64,000 nucleotides of DNA from Promethearchaeota archaeon (GCA_016840085.1 JAEOTA010000081.1:96001-160000), one strand, 5' to 3'; shown: positions 10,018-21,417, counted from the first letter of the stretch. Notes: generated from the sequence alone by a model not told the origin. Numbers and translations are program-made.

Positions 10018-11370
10018 TTATTCTTGAATATATTTAGTGATTATATCAAAACAATTTCTCGTTTTTAAAATAGATTCAAACCTTGACTTAATTTTTTCCT
10101 TTTCATGCTGAAAATTTAGTAACATTTTTTCTAGGCTTTTATCTAGTATTTCAATATTTAAAAGATCCCTAATATCATAATAATAATCAGCTTGTTTGAA
10201 ATATTCTAATAACTCGTAATATTTTACTGCCCACCCGATAACAATAGCAGGTACACCGTTCTTATATGCATGAATAATAGAATGATAACGCGAAGCAATG
10301 ACAAAATCAAATTTTTTTATAAGATTTTCAATTTCAATAACATTTAAATCGTCTGAGATTAAATAGATTCTTTCATTATTTGTCAAGAGATTTTTAATTT
10401 TTTCACATATTTCAACATCTCCATTTGAATGCCGTAAAATATAGACATTTTTCTTGGCTTTCATCAATTTCTTTAATATATGGGAGTAGATACTGTAAAT
10501 TTTTTCAGTTTTTATTCTTTCAATAACCATTCTGTTAGGAATTATACAAACAGAATTAGGGAGAATATTATAATCTTTACTTTTTATTTCTTCTCTATAA
10601 ATATTTGATAAATTATAACCTTCATTTTGAATGACGATATCAAATGTTTTCTTGATATTTATGTTCTTAAATTGACTTAAATATCTTAATCCATCATATT
10701 CCCTAGAAAAAATTACTTTTGGGTATTTCAAATAGTATTTTGCTAACGGATAGAAAAATATTCTATTTTTAAATGAAAAATTAAATGGTCCAATAGATTG
10801 GGGAAAAATTAAATAAGGAATTTCTTGCTTTTTAGCAATAATTATATCTAAAATATAAAAAATCCAATAATTTTGGTCAAATTGCGAAGAAAATCTATAT
10901 CCACTGATATCAATTATAAGGGCCGTATTTTCAATTATATTTTCTATTTTGGTATCAAAAAGACTACGTTTAAAAGTTTTTATAAAATATTTGTGCAAAA
11001 TACATGAGAGTAAGATTCTATGCCAATTTGTCCAAGGTGTAATATTAAACTTGTATTTATAGCTTTCAATTGTCTCAAATTCGAAAATAGAAAATAAATA
11101 GAATTTCTTATTCGGAAATTTTCTCTTCATTTGATCCACTACGGTAAATGTCATTGCCTGAGCACCTTTATTAGCAAGACTTCCACCAACTATAATTATA
11201 TTATTTCTACTCTTATTAGAAATGTTTATTTTTCTTTTTTTCCAAATTAAGTTAAAACCTGTTTCTATGAGTAGAATTATAGGCAAAATAAAATTTAAAA
11301 AAACGTTTCTAATTATTTCTACACATTTTGTTAAGTTCTCAGATATTCTTCTCATAAAATAAGAAATCAT
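10018..11370 (-). CDS. Polysaccharide pyruvyltransferase family (WcaK/CsaB-like)
   Basis: NKGAQAM, PQSIGPF, SRE and ASRYHSIIHAYKNGVPAIVIGWAVKY motifs. Confidence 0.9.
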   Translation of the reverse strand: MISYFMRRISENLTKCVEIIRNVFLNFILPIILLIETGFNLIWKKRKINISNKSRNNIIIVGGSLANKGAQAMTFTVVDQMKRKFPNKKFYLFSIFEFETIESYKYKFNITPWTNWHRILLSCILHKYFIKTFKRSLFDTKIENIIENTALIIDISGYRFSSQFDQNYWIFYILDIIIAKKQEIPYLIFPQSIGPFNFSFKNRIFFYPLAKYYLKYPKVIFSREYDGLRYLSQFKNINIKKTFDIVIQNEGYNLSNIYREEIKSKDYNILPNSVCIIPNRMVIERIKTEKIYSIYSHILKKLMKAKKNVYILRHSNGDVEICEKIKNLLTNNERIYLISDDLNVIEIENLIKKFDFVIASRYHSIIHAYKNGVPAIVIGWAVKYYELLEYFKQADYYYDIRDLLNIEILDKSLEKMLLNFQHEKEKIKSRFESILKTRNCFDIITKYIQE

Positions 11371-11562
11371 AATTAATAAGAAAAATTTGGGAAATTATTA
11401 TTTAAGTTGCTAAAATCTTTAGAATTATATAAAATTGACCAGATATCATCTCTTAAAATCAAATTATTTACGAAAATATTAAAAATCTAAATGTGCCAAG
11501 AAAAATAAACACATTAGTCTATTATAGAATTTTGTTCTCTATTGGAGACTTATTAATCTTGT

Positions 11563-13578
11563 TTAAATCTTAAAAAAAATATATTTGTTATTTTCATAAA
11601 GAACACTATAATTACCTCTAATCTGAAGTAAAGCCGATACTGTTATATTGAATTTTGGCGTGATTGAATAATTAATCTCATTTAAAATAATCATTTCAGA
11701 TATAGTCGTAAAATTAGTTCCATACGTATAAAAAATTGATGAATTGATAACCAAATACCTATAAATTGAAATTAAACTAAACATATTTTTTGGGGCAATA
11801 TTATCAAAAAGCATTAAATTAATCTCATTTGTTTTACTACCATAAACTCTATTAAAATAATCTCCAGAATACAGGAAAACATCATCCAGATCCTTATCAT
11901 TATAATAGCTATAATAGAAATACGTGTAATGTTCATCTAAATGGGATATATATAAATATAATCCCAATCCTAATAAAATAGAAAATGTAATAACTTTATA
12001 TTCTTTTAAATTAACAGATTTTTGGTTTTTGCCTTCTTTATACTGAGAAACTTTATGATTTAAAAAAGTAATAAATTCTCTTATCACTAAACAAAAAAGA
12101 ATTGCCCAGAATCCTTGAAATAATTCAAACAATCGTGGAATAAATCGTACTAAAAAAGTTACTGGAATTATAAATGAAATTTTGAACTTATACAGGAATC
12201 CAACTATAACGAATGTAATGAAAGTTACCAAGAGTGAAAATAATAGAAAAGAAATTATTTTAATATAAAATGAGGATAGCTTATTTTTTTTCTTTAGATT
12301 TAGAAAGAAGGCGATGAACAAAATAAATGTTAAATATTTTAAATTATTATTTTGAAAAGATTTAATAAGATATTCAAGAAAATTGAAAAATGCTCTCGTA
12401 ATATTTACATTTTGTACATTCAATAATTGTAAATTATATAGTTGAAAATTTTGAGAAGAGCTATAATTATTTACATTTACGCTATAAGTATTATAGTAAT
12501 AAAGAATTGTATTAATTATACTTATTCCCTGTAAGAAAAGATTAAGGAAGTAAAATAGTGAAAATAATAAGAAAAATGAAATTATAATTAAATTATTCTT
12601 TAAAATATTTTTAATTTTAATCCCTTCTGCTTCTTTTCTAGAAATAATGCTTTTAAGTAAGCCCCATAATTCATACATTAGAAATAAGACAATATAAAAA
12701 ACCCCATAAAGAACATGGCATAGAAAAATGCCTCCTAAAAGACCTCCCCTCTTGAAATTATTAACATAACTTTGAGAATTTTCAAAACTTAAAATGAAAA
12801 TAAATCCAAAGGTAGTTGCAAGTATAGATGGAACAGAAAGAATATATCGAAAAAAGAGAAATCTAAAACTTAGAAAAATAACTAAAGTAAAAATGATATA
12901 TTCATTTTTAGTAAAAATTTTTTTTGCTAAATAATATATGGTAAGAACGTTGAAATACATTAAAAACATTGGAATAAATTTAATATAATAATAAAAAATA
13001 AAGTAATCATTAATAAAAATTAAAGGCGCTGCTGAAAAGAAGATAAAACCAGCAGAATATCCTTTAACTAATTCGTAATCTAACCCACCATAAAATTTCA
13101 ATTTTATAACAGCTTCAAACCAATAAAATGGATCTCTATAAGGCAAACTTAAATTTTGTTCAACAGAGAATTGAATTAAAGACTGGAGAACGAAAATTAT
13201 AATCAATATTGCTAAACGTATGCAATTTTGCCTTTCTTTAAGAAGTATTAATCTTTTCTTAAAATTTTTAATCTTTACCCTTGAATGGTATATTTCATCT
13301 TTTTGATACCAAAAAATAAATGAGATTATTATAAAAATAGAGGGTGGTAAATACACATATATAAAATTAAATTCCAAAAACATCTCAATTATATAGCAAT
13401 AGCTAATAAAAAGTAAGACTCCTATCCCAAATGATTCCAGAATTGTTTTTAAAGATACTTTCTCCTGTCTTAAATTACTACTTATACAAATTAAAAAAAA
13501 ATATCCAAAAAGAATTATGTAAATTGAGAATAGTATAAAAATTACCAGAATTATTAAAAAAAGAAGTGGAGTTATCAT
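11563..13578 (-). CDS. Large polytopic membrane protein, GT-C-like; paralog of 55863 and 58356
   Basis: SLPYRDPFYWF, GYSAGF, PSILATTFGF, CHVLYG and RLFELFQGFWAILF align by eye with the tandem pair. Confidence 0.6.
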   Translation of the reverse strand: MITPLLFLIILVIFILFSIYIILFGYFFLICISSNLRQEKVSLKTILESFGIGVLLFISYCYIIEMFLEFNFIYVYLPPSIFIIISFIFWYQKDEIYHSRVKIKNFKKRLILLKERQNCIRLAILIIIFVLQSLIQFSVEQNLSLPYRDPFYWFEAVIKLKFYGGLDYELVKGYSAGFIFFSAAPLIFINDYFIFYYYIKFIPMFLMYFNVLTIYYLAKKIFTKNEYIIFTLVIFLSFRFLFFRYILSVPSILATTFGFIFILSFENSQSYVNNFKRGGLLGGIFLCHVLYGVFYIVLFLMYELWGLLKSIISRKEAEGIKIKNILKNNLIIISFFLLFSLFYFLNLFLQGISIINTILYYYNTYSVNVNNYSSSQNFQLYNLQLLNVQNVNITRAFFNFLEYLIKSFQNNNLKYLTFILFIAFFLNLKKKNKLSSFYIKIISFLLFSLLVTFITFVIVGFLYKFKISFIIPVTFLVRFIPRLFELFQGFWAILFCLVIREFITFLNHKVSQYKEGKNQKSVNLKEYKVITFSILLGLGLYLYISHLDEHYTYFYYSYYNDKDLDDVFLYSGDYFNRVYGSKTNEINLMLFDNIAPKNMFSLISIYRYLVINSSIFYTYGTNFTTISEMIILNEINYSITPKFNITVSALLQIRGNYSVLYENNKYIFFKI

Positions 13579-13866
13579 ATGTAAACAATTTATAATATAA
13601 GAAAAGTATTTAAAAAGTTTAATTATATAAAAGCATAATTTTCTTATAAAAATTACAAATTTATTATTAATTAACTTTATTTTAGTGAACAGATTTTAAT
13701 TTTAAATGGTATCATTGGAAAAGATTTAGGGGATTATTAAAGCATATCTTAACTCTTATATTAATGAGAAAAGTTGACTTTTGAATAGAAAAATATTGCA
13801 AATAAAATTAAACGATTATATATAGATGTTTAAAAAAACAATTAAATAATGTATTTATTCAATTAG

Positions 13867-15084
13867 ATGTTTAGGTTGTTGAAAAAGATTAAATATTTCT
13901 TGAATTTTTTATTAGATTTTATTTCTAAAAAATTAGATATGGATATTGGACATTTAATAACATATTTCTTATCAACTTTATATAGCAATAATCAAGTTAA
14001 AAATAAGTTATTAATTTTTGGAAGTACTAATGGAAAACAATTTCTAGGTAATAGTAAAGATCTCTTTCTTTATCTTACCAAGCATTCAAATTATCATTGT
14101 GTTTGGATAACTGCCTCCAAACAAGTATTTGAAAATTTGAAAAAACAAAATTATAACGTTGTTTTAAATCGAGATTGGTTTAGGGCAATCAAAATTTTAA
14201 AAATGGCAAATTATATTTTTATCACGCACGGTTTTGGAGATATCGCATGGATTAAATTTTCACCAAAAACAAAATTCATTCATTTAGAGCACGGAACCGC
14301 ATTAAAAAAACAAGGATTTGATTTTCTAGAAAAGAAATACAATATATTTCAAAAAATCCTATTTGAAAAATTAGCTAAGAGGATAGATTATATGATTGTT
14401 CCATCAGAAGAAGCAAAAAAATTAAAAATGTCGTGTTATCATTTACCTTCTAATAAGTTTATTATAAGTGGTTATCCTAGAAACGATATCCTTATAAATT
14501 ATACAAAAAATTTGCAGGAAACTATTAAAGAGAAATTAAATCTTAAAAAAGATCATGAAATTTTGTTATATGCGCCAACATATAGAAGAGAATATGAATA
14601 TGAAAGTTCTATAAACAAAATTTTCCTTGAAAAATTAGATCAGTTTTTAATAAAGGAAAAAAAGATTTTCTTATATAAACCTCATCCTTTTTCAGAAAAA
14701 ATAGAAACAGAGATTTATAAAAATATTATATCTATTTCACCTAAGATAAACATCTCGGACTTATTAATAATTACAGATCTATTAATCACCGATTATTCTG
14801 GTGTTTTTTTTGATTATCTCCTTACTTTACGACCAATCGTGTTTTTTAGCTACGATTTAGACATATATAAAGACGCTCGAAATTTTTATTATGATTATGA
14901 ATCTTTTGTTCCTGGACCAATAGCCAAAACTGGAGATGAATTAATATTAATATTAAAAAATATTAACGATTGGAACAAAAAGTATGAGAAAAAGAGAAAA
15001 ATAATTCATAATAGGTTTAACAAATATTCCGATGGAAACTCAAGGCAGAGAATCATCAAATTTTTAGATTTAAAATTAAATTAA
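13867..15084 (+). CDS. CDP-glycerol/ribitol:glycerophosphotransferase family (TagB/TagF-like)
   Basis: HGTALKKQG, GYPRND, LYAPTYR, KPHP and DLLITDYSGVFFDY motifs. Confidence 0.9.
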   Translation: MFRLLKKIKYFLNFLLDFISKKLDMDIGHLITYFLSTLYSNNQVKNKLLIFGSTNGKQFLGNSKDLFLYLTKHSNYHCVWITASKQVFENLKKQNYNVVLNRDWFRAIKILKMANYIFITHGFGDIAWIKFSPKTKFIHLEHGTALKKQGFDFLEKKYNIFQKILFEKLAKRIDYMIVPSEEAKKLKMSCYHLPSNKFIISGYPRNDILINYTKNLQETIKEKLNLKKDHEILLYAPTYRREYEYESSINKIFLEKLDQFLIKEKKIFLYKPHPFSEKIETEIYKNIISISPKINISDLLIITDLLITDYSGVFFDYLLTLRPIVFFSYDLDIYKDARNFYYDYESFVPGPIAKTGDELILILKNINDWNKKYEKKRKIIHNRFNKYSDGNSRQRIIKFLDLKLN

Positions 15085-15110
15085 GTCCTTAATTCTAAGA
15101 CATTACTAAT

Positions 15111-16247
15111 TCAATTAAAAATTACATTCAAGACTTTATTCTCAAAATCTTTTGCTATTCTTTCATAAGATTGATTTTCTTCCAACCATTTCCTCCCATT
15201 AAGACCCATTTTTTCGGCTTTTTCTGATGTCTGGAATAATTTAATCATCGATTTAGCAAAAGATTCTGCATTAAAATCAACAAGCAATCCTCCTTTACTA
15301 TTCTTGATTGTCTTTACGTGTGGAGGGATTTCCTTATTTGCTATAACAGGTCTAGAACAACTCATATACTCAAATAATTTTAACGGTGAACTTACTTGGT
15401 ATTGATAGTAAGGAGGAATAGGGCATAAAGCTATATGAGATTTAGAAACATATTTATGAACATTTTCGTAAGGCACCAAACCTGTAAATATTATATTTTT
15501 TTCTAAATCATACATTCTTGTTAAATTTCTAAGATTATTTAAATCGTTACCCTTTCCAACCATAAAAAGCTGAGCATCTTTATATTTTTCACATACTATT
15601 TTCATTGCTTTTATTAATATATCTAATTTTCTAATTTTTGCCAGCGTTCCCATATAAATAAATTTAGGATTCTTAAAGGATTGTGGATATTTTGAAGGCT
15701 GAAATAAATCTACATTTGCTCCGTTTTCAAATATATAAATTTTCTTTTTATCAATTTTATTAGAGATAAGATATTTTCCCATCCATTCGCTAGGTGGCAA
15801 AATAAGATCTGCTTTTTTCATAAATTTCATTAATACTATTTCTTTAATACTACCTCCAATACTTATCGGATTATGCCATTTCCGATTAAATTCTGCAAAA
15901 TATTTTATAGGATTTATGAATTGAAAAAATAAAGGTATATTAAACTTTTTTTTTATTAAAATACCAATCAAGAGAAGTGAGAGCGCATCTCTTGAAAAAA
16001 CTAAGTCAAATTTTTCAGAATTAACAACTTGAAATAGTTTTTTTACATATTTTTTAAATATAGGTACGTTATAAAATTCGATGTTTTCCCAAAAGAAATG
16101 ACTTTTTTCAGATTCGATACGTACAAATGCAACTATCTTATGTTTTTTGGACAAATACTTGCCAAAAACTTCAGCCAGTTGAGTTCTTAAGGGTATTGAT
16201 TGGTTAGGGTAATAAGTTAGTATTAAAATTTTTAGTTTTCTTTTCAT
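15111..16247 (-). CDS. Glycosyltransferase family 4
   Basis: ENGAN, YMGTLAKIRKLD and SSPLKLFEYMSCSRPVI. Confidence 0.9.
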   Translation of the reverse strand: MKRKLKILILTYYPNQSIPLRTQLAEVFGKYLSKKHKIVAFVRIESEKSHFFWENIEFYNVPIFKKYVKKLFQVVNSEKFDLVFSRDALSLLLIGILIKKKFNIPLFFQFINPIKYFAEFNRKWHNPISIGGSIKEIVLMKFMKKADLILPPSEWMGKYLISNKIDKKKIYIFENGANVDLFQPSKYPQSFKNPKFIYMGTLAKIRKLDILIKAMKIVCEKYKDAQLFMVGKGNDLNNLRNLTRMYDLEKNIIFTGLVPYENVHKYVSKSHIALCPIPPYYQYQVSSPLKLFEYMSCSRPVIANKEIPPHVKTIKNSKGGLLVDFNAESFAKSMIKLFQTSEKAEKMGLNGRKWLEENQSYERIAKDFENKVLNVIFN

Positions 16248-16300
16248 ATGAGCTTTTAAATATAAAATATAATTTTAAATTAATTTATTTATATTAATAA

Positions 16301-16411
16301 AAAGCTAAATTAATGGGCTTAAATGGAAGAAAATGAGTCAAGCAAAATCGAACATACGAAAAATTAGCTTTAGCTTTAGAAAAAAAAATTTTAAGAGAAT
16401 TTTTTCATTGA
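16301..16411 (+). pseudogene. 3' tail relic of a GT4 paralogous to 15111..16247
   Basis: KAKLMGLNGRK*VKQNRTYEKLALALEKKILREFFH* versus the neighbour's KAEKMGLNGRKWLEENQSYERIAKDFENKVL; the Trp codon has become TGA at 16334. Confidence 0.75.
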
Positions 16412-16454
16412 TCCAATTTTTTTAAGATGTAGTAATTAACATATTATTTCTAAT

Positions 16455-17657
16455 TTATGGAATATACCCTTTTTTACTTTTAATATTATAGTATATCTTT
16501 TTGATAGTATTAGCTACATTAATCCAATCAAATCTTTTTACTAATTCTAATGAATTTTTAACAAGTTCTTTACCCCATTCTTTATCATTAAATAGTTTTT
16601 TAAGTAATTCAGCAATTTCTTCATGATTTCCTACTGAAACCAATAAATTTTTATCAAGGATCTCTCTTACTTCTCCAACATCGGTGGCAATGCAGGGTAC
16701 TCCAGAAGCAATAGATTCTAATACTACTGTTGGGAATCCTTCTATATGAGATGTTAATGCACATAAATCAGATATTGCATAAAAATTTTCAACCTTTTTC
16801 TTTTTACCAAGTAAAAAAACATTACTTTTTAAGTTAAGTTCTCTTATTTCGTTTTTCAATAAGTTGCTGTATAATCCATCTCCGATATATAGCAATTTGA
16901 TTTTCTTTCTTTCATTTTCATTTAGGTGAGCTAAAAATGAGTTTAAACCATGTAAAAAATCAATCATTCCTTTAACTTTTTGTAGAAAAACCATATAGCC
17001 AATGTAAATTATTACAAAATCATCAACATTAATTATTTTAGAGAGCCCTAATTCTTTTATTATTCTGCTTTTCTCCTTATTATTTCTAACATGAAAGAAT
17101 TTACCTAGTTCAATTCCGTTAGGAATCCATATTAATTTTTTTGTATCTGCATTATTTTTCTCAAAATATAATCTCATTTTTCTGCTTATTATAATGTGAT
17201 AAATAGACCTCCGATTAATTGATCTTAGTTCTAATAAGTAATCTAATTTATATGGTGAATCAAGTCCATGTTGAGTATAAATAAATGGAATTTTAAAAAG
17301 ATAATTAAATAACAGAGCAATAAATCCAGTAATTGAAGGATTATCACAATGAATTAAGTCAATTCTATATTTACGATGTAATTTTAAAATTTTTTTAAGA
17401 GAAAAAATTATAAACATCAAAACAAATTTAATTTTTTTAGATATTGAATCATTTTTAGTAGGAACAGTTGTTGGTAAATAATATATAGTAAAATAACGAT
17501 TAATAATTTCTTTCTTCTTATATATTTGTTCAGACCGACTTGATATATTAAATATACGAAAATCCTTTCCTGAAACATATTTAGATAACATAAAAGCATA
17601 AATGGCAGGTCCTCCGCTATCAGGATAAATTCTTGTTGTTATTCTAACTATATTCAT
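16455..17657 (-). CDS. Glycosyltransferase family 4; paralog of 21739
   Basis: YPDSGGPA, IPNGIE, YIGYMVFLQKVKGMIDF and EGFPTVVLESIASGVP. Confidence 0.92.
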   Translation of the reverse strand: MNIVRITTRIYPDSGGPAIYAFMLSKYVSGKDFRIFNISSRSEQIYKKKEIINRYFTIYYLPTTVPTKNDSISKKIKFVLMFIIFSLKKILKLHRKYRIDLIHCDNPSITGFIALLFNYLFKIPFIYTQHGLDSPYKLDYLLELRSINRRSIYHIIISRKMRLYFEKNNADTKKLIWIPNGIELGKFFHVRNNKEKSRIIKELGLSKIINVDDFVIIYIGYMVFLQKVKGMIDFLHGLNSFLAHLNENERKKIKLLYIGDGLYSNLLKNEIRELNLKSNVFLLGKKKKVENFYAISDLCALTSHIEGFPTVVLESIASGVPCIATDVGEVREILDKNLLVSVGNHEEIAELLKKLFNDKEWGKELVKNSLELVKRFDWINVANTIKKIYYNIKSKKGYIP

Positions 17658-17842
17658 AAGATTTTCAATGTAATATTTATTGTATTATATTGAAATAAAT
17701 AAAATTGTTATTTTATTATTTCTAAAAATTACTTAACAATTAAATTATTTTTTTACCCATTTAATTTTTCTTAAATAGAAAAAAAAATAATGATTAGGTA
17801 ATTATAATATTCTATCTTGATAGATCAATTATTTTGATATAA

Positions 17843-19018
17843 ATGAATATTTTAATAATTTCACATTTTTTTCCTCCTCATAAAGGAGGAGTTGAAACTG
17901 CCTCATATAATACAGCAAAAAAATTGGCAAACCTTGGACATAATGTAGTAGTTCTAACAAGTAAATGTGAAAAATCATCTCCAAAATACCAGAAAATGGA
18001 TGGATTTTATGTATATAGATTCAGGTCTTTTTATCCTCCTGAAGTTAGGGGGATTCCTCAAACTTCAAGTTTTGGAATTATGCCAAAAGCAATTTTCAAA
18101 TTACCCAAAATTATAAAAAAACATCAAATTCAATTAATTCATGCAGAAGGACGCTTATTTCCAATTACTTTTACTACTGCTTTATTTAATAAACTGATAT
18201 ATAAAAGACCAATCTATCTAACTATTCAAGGCAGGTTAGAGATTGGTTTTTCTGGCTTAATAGAAAATTTATTTGATAAAATAATTACAAAAAATCTTTA
18301 TCAAAAATTTAAGAAAATCATATGTGTGAGTGAATCTCTCAAGAAAAGACTTATAACCTTTAAAATTAAACCAGAAAAATTGATTGTGATTCCAAATGGA
18401 GTAGATCTAACTGTTTTTTCCAGAAATAAAACCTCAAAATATCTTGATCAATATCTTAAAGATAAAAAAAATTTCAAAAAAATAGTCTTTGTAGGTAGAT
18501 TAGATACTCAAAAAGGTGTAGAATACTTAATTAAAGCTATACCATATGTAATAAAAGAAGTTAAGAAAGTTCATTTCTTTATTTTAGGTAATGGAAATCT
18601 AGAAGCTCAATTGAAAAAATTAGCTAAATCTTTGAAAATATCATCGCATTTGACATTTCTAAATATGATTCCCTTAGAAAAAATGCCGGATTTCTATTCT
18701 TCAGCAGATATTTTTTGTCTACCTTCGATTCATGAAGGATTTCCTCTAAGTATAGCTGAAGCTTTATCAATCGGATTAATTATCGTTGCATCCTCAACTG
18801 AAGGTATACCTGAAGCTATAATTGAAGGAAAAAATGGATTTTTAGTTAAACCCAAAAATGTAGATTTACTAAGTAAAAAACTAATTAAAGCTTTAATGCT
18901 TTCAAATGAAGAAATCATAGAAATTGAAAATAATAATGTTAAATTAGCGAACGATAAATATTCATGGGATAAAATTACGCAACAAATTTTGGAAGTTTAT
19001 AGAGAGAGTTTGAAATAA
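17843..19018 (+). CDS. Glycosyltransferase family 4
   Basis: FPPHKGGVE, IPNGVD, VGRLDTQKG and EGFPLSIAEA. Confidence 0.93.
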   Translation: MNILIISHFFPPHKGGVETASYNTAKKLANLGHNVVVLTSKCEKSSPKYQKMDGFYVYRFRSFYPPEVRGIPQTSSFGIMPKAIFKLPKIIKKHQIQLIHAEGRLFPITFTTALFNKLIYKRPIYLTIQGRLEIGFSGLIENLFDKIITKNLYQKFKKIICVSESLKKRLITFKIKPEKLIVIPNGVDLTVFSRNKTSKYLDQYLKDKKNFKKIVFVGRLDTQKGVEYLIKAIPYVIKEVKKVHFFILGNGNLEAQLKKLAKSLKISSHLTFLNMIPLEKMPDFYSSADIFCLPSIHEGFPLSIAEALSIGLIIVASSTEGIPEAIIEGKNGFLVKPKNVDLLSKKLIKALMLSNEEIIEIENNNVKLANDKYSWDKITQQILEVYRESLK

Positions 19019-19247
19019 TATAATTATTGTCCTTTAATAATTGATTTTGGAATGGATCTTAATAAATCAATTCATTATTTCTTTTAAGCAATAGTTGAAC
19101 AAAATTGAAGCATATGCGATTAAATGGTTAATTAATCAAATAGATTTTTATTGAATAATAACCATAATTGTATTAAGAATATTATTAAAAAAATGAAAGA
19201 TTTTTAATAAATTTACTTAGGAGAAATTTAAACGAGGATTTAGCCGA

Positions 19248-20090
19248 TTGAAGACAATTAGCTCTGACATAGTTATTGATTCCATTTTTAAAAAAAAGGC
19301 ACAAGATAATTTAGAATCTTATTATCAATTTAAAGAATTATTTGAAGAAGTTAAAATTGATAATACTTATGAAGAACAAGTTCTAATTTCCATAATTATA
19401 CCTGTGTATAATGAAGAAAAAACAATAAAATTTATCTTAGAAAAATTACCAAAAAATAATAAAATTGAAGTTATTGTTATTGATGATAATTCTAACGATA
19501 ACAGTTTAAAAGAGATTAAAAAAGCTAAATTTAAGTCTCAATTAAAGATAATAAAGCATAGTAGAAATAGAGGTTATGGAGGAGCTCTTCTCTCCGGCAT
19601 TAAAAAAACAAAAGGTAAAATAATAGTTACAATGGATTCTGATGGACAACATCGTCCAGAAGATCTCTCTAATTTAATAAGTCCAATATTAAACCAAGAA
19701 GCAGATATTGTAATTGGTTCCAGATATAAAGGCTCCTATGATTATAAATTACCAATATCAACAAGATTAGGAGAAGCTTGTTTGGAAAAATTAATTCAGA
19801 TATTCTTTAATCGAAAAATAAGTAATAATCAGAGTGGATTTCGAGCGTTCAATAGAAAAACTTTAGATCTTTTTGAAAATATTAAATATTTAGGTTATGC
19901 CTTTGCTACCGAAATAATTCTTAAAGCGTCATTAAATGGCTTCAGAATTAAAGAAATACCCATTAAGATATTAAAACGAGAATATGGCGTTTCTAAAATT
20001 ATTTTAAGTAAATTATTCTTATCGATTATATCATGTTTATTCATATATTTTCTTAAAAAGATAAAAAAGATATTCTCAAAAACAGTATAA
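19248..20090 (+). CDS. GT2 polyprenol-phosphate glycosyltransferase (DPM1/DPG-like)
   Basis: IIIPVYNEE, IDDNS, NRGYG, MDSDGQH, GSRY and QSGFRAF; N-terminal extension of about 45 aa; TTG start preceded by GAGG. Confidence 0.9.
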   Translation: MKTISSDIVIDSIFKKKAQDNLESYYQFKELFEEVKIDNTYEEQVLISIIIPVYNEEKTIKFILEKLPKNNKIEVIVIDDNSNDNSLKEIKKAKFKSQLKIIKHSRNRGYGGALLSGIKKTKGKIIVTMDSDGQHRPEDLSNLISPILNQEADIVIGSRYKGSYDYKLPISTRLGEACLEKLIQIFFNRKISNNQSGFRAFNRKTLDLFENIKYLGYAFATEIILKASLNGFRIKEIPIKILKREYGVSKIILSKLFLSIISCLFIYFLKKIKKIFSKTV

Positions 20091-20139
20091 CAAAAAAATT
20101 GTATTAGCTTTGATTAAATAAATGAATTTCTTTTTATTA

Positions 20140-21288
20140 TTAAGAATAAAGCTTTAGAAGTTTTTTATAGATATTATATACTTTATCTGTTACGACTTCC
20201 CAGGAATATTCTTTTTCGATTAATCTTCTTCCATTCCTGCCAAAATCTTCTAATTTATGTTTATCATTTACTAATTCCAAGATTAGGTCAACAGCGCTTT
20301 TATAATTTGCTATATCATATAAATACCCATTTTCATTATGAGAAATGATACCAGAGATTCCTCCTACATCTGAAGACACGACAGGTGTTTGACATGCTAA
20401 ACTCTCATGTATAACATTTGGAATACCTTCAAACCGAGATGTAACCAGCAATAATTTACTCATATTATAAATATCTTGAATATTTTCATATGGATAATAT
20501 GAGTAATGTTTTAGGGGGAGTTTTTTCTTGGCATCTAATACGAGCTTTTCTAATTCTCCTTTACCTATTATTAGAAATTTTAAGTTTTTATTTTTCTTAT
20601 AGAGCTCTTTAATTATATCAATATATATATCAATACCCTTAATATGCGATAATCTAGTTGCCAATAATGTAATATATTCTCTTTTAATATTATTATTCCG
20701 TTTGAATTTGTTGACATCTACACCATCTGGAATATAAAAGCTTTTCTCTTCTTTGATCTTATAGCGTTTTCTTAATGTATATAAGTCACTTTCTGCACCA
20801 GATATAATTATATCTGCTAATTTAAAAGTATATTTGCCAATGGTTCTATCAAATAATTTTTCTTTGAAAATTAGTTGAAGGTTTTCATAAATATTTAAGT
20901 CTAGACAATAAGGTGTCTGAATACCTCCATGTGTATGTATTATGAATGGAAAATTCTTAATTTTTTTTAATAGGGCACATTGGAGAGTAGAGAAAAAATA
21001 ATATCCATGAGCATGAATTATATCATACTCTTCATAATGGTCTTTTATAAAAGGTAAAATGTAGATTAACGGGTTTTTACCCAAAAGAAAAGAATAGCAT
21101 TTATTATAAATAATCCTAATATTTTCATCAAGATACTCAATTTTTTTATATTTTCCCGTTAAATCAGAGGTTAATATATCACATTTAACATTTTTCTTTT
21201 TGGATAAGTTAATAGAAATATTTTTGCAATAGAACGGTAAACCTCCGATATAATCTGGGGGAAAGGGAACGACCCTTAATATTTTCAT
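20140..21288 (-). CDS. Glycosyltransferase family 4
   Basis: FPPDYIGG, IIHAHG, IPDGVD and EGIPNVIHESLACQTPVV. Confidence 0.9.
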   Translation of the reverse strand: MKILRVVPFPPDYIGGLPFYCKNISINLSKKKNVKCDILTSDLTGKYKKIEYLDENIRIIYNKCYSFLLGKNPLIYILPFIKDHYEEYDIIHAHGYYFFSTLQCALLKKIKNFPFIIHTHGGIQTPYCLDLNIYENLQLIFKEKLFDRTIGKYTFKLADIIISGAESDLYTLRKRYKIKEEKSFYIPDGVDVNKFKRNNNIKREYITLLATRLSHIKGIDIYIDIIKELYKKNKNLKFLIIGKGELEKLVLDAKKKLPLKHYSYYPYENIQDIYNMSKLLLVTSRFEGIPNVIHESLACQTPVVSSDVGGISGIISHNENGYLYDIANYKSAVDLILELVNDKHKLEDFGRNGRRLIEKEYSWEVVTDKVYNIYKKLLKLYS

Positions 21289-21417
21289 ATTATTGAATTT
21301 TTAGGTTTCAATTAATAATATAGAAATTTAATATTATACCTTTTAACTTAAAATTAATTATAAGTCTTTTTAGTATATACTATATTGAAGAAAATATCAA
21401 TTTTTAGATTTGTTATT

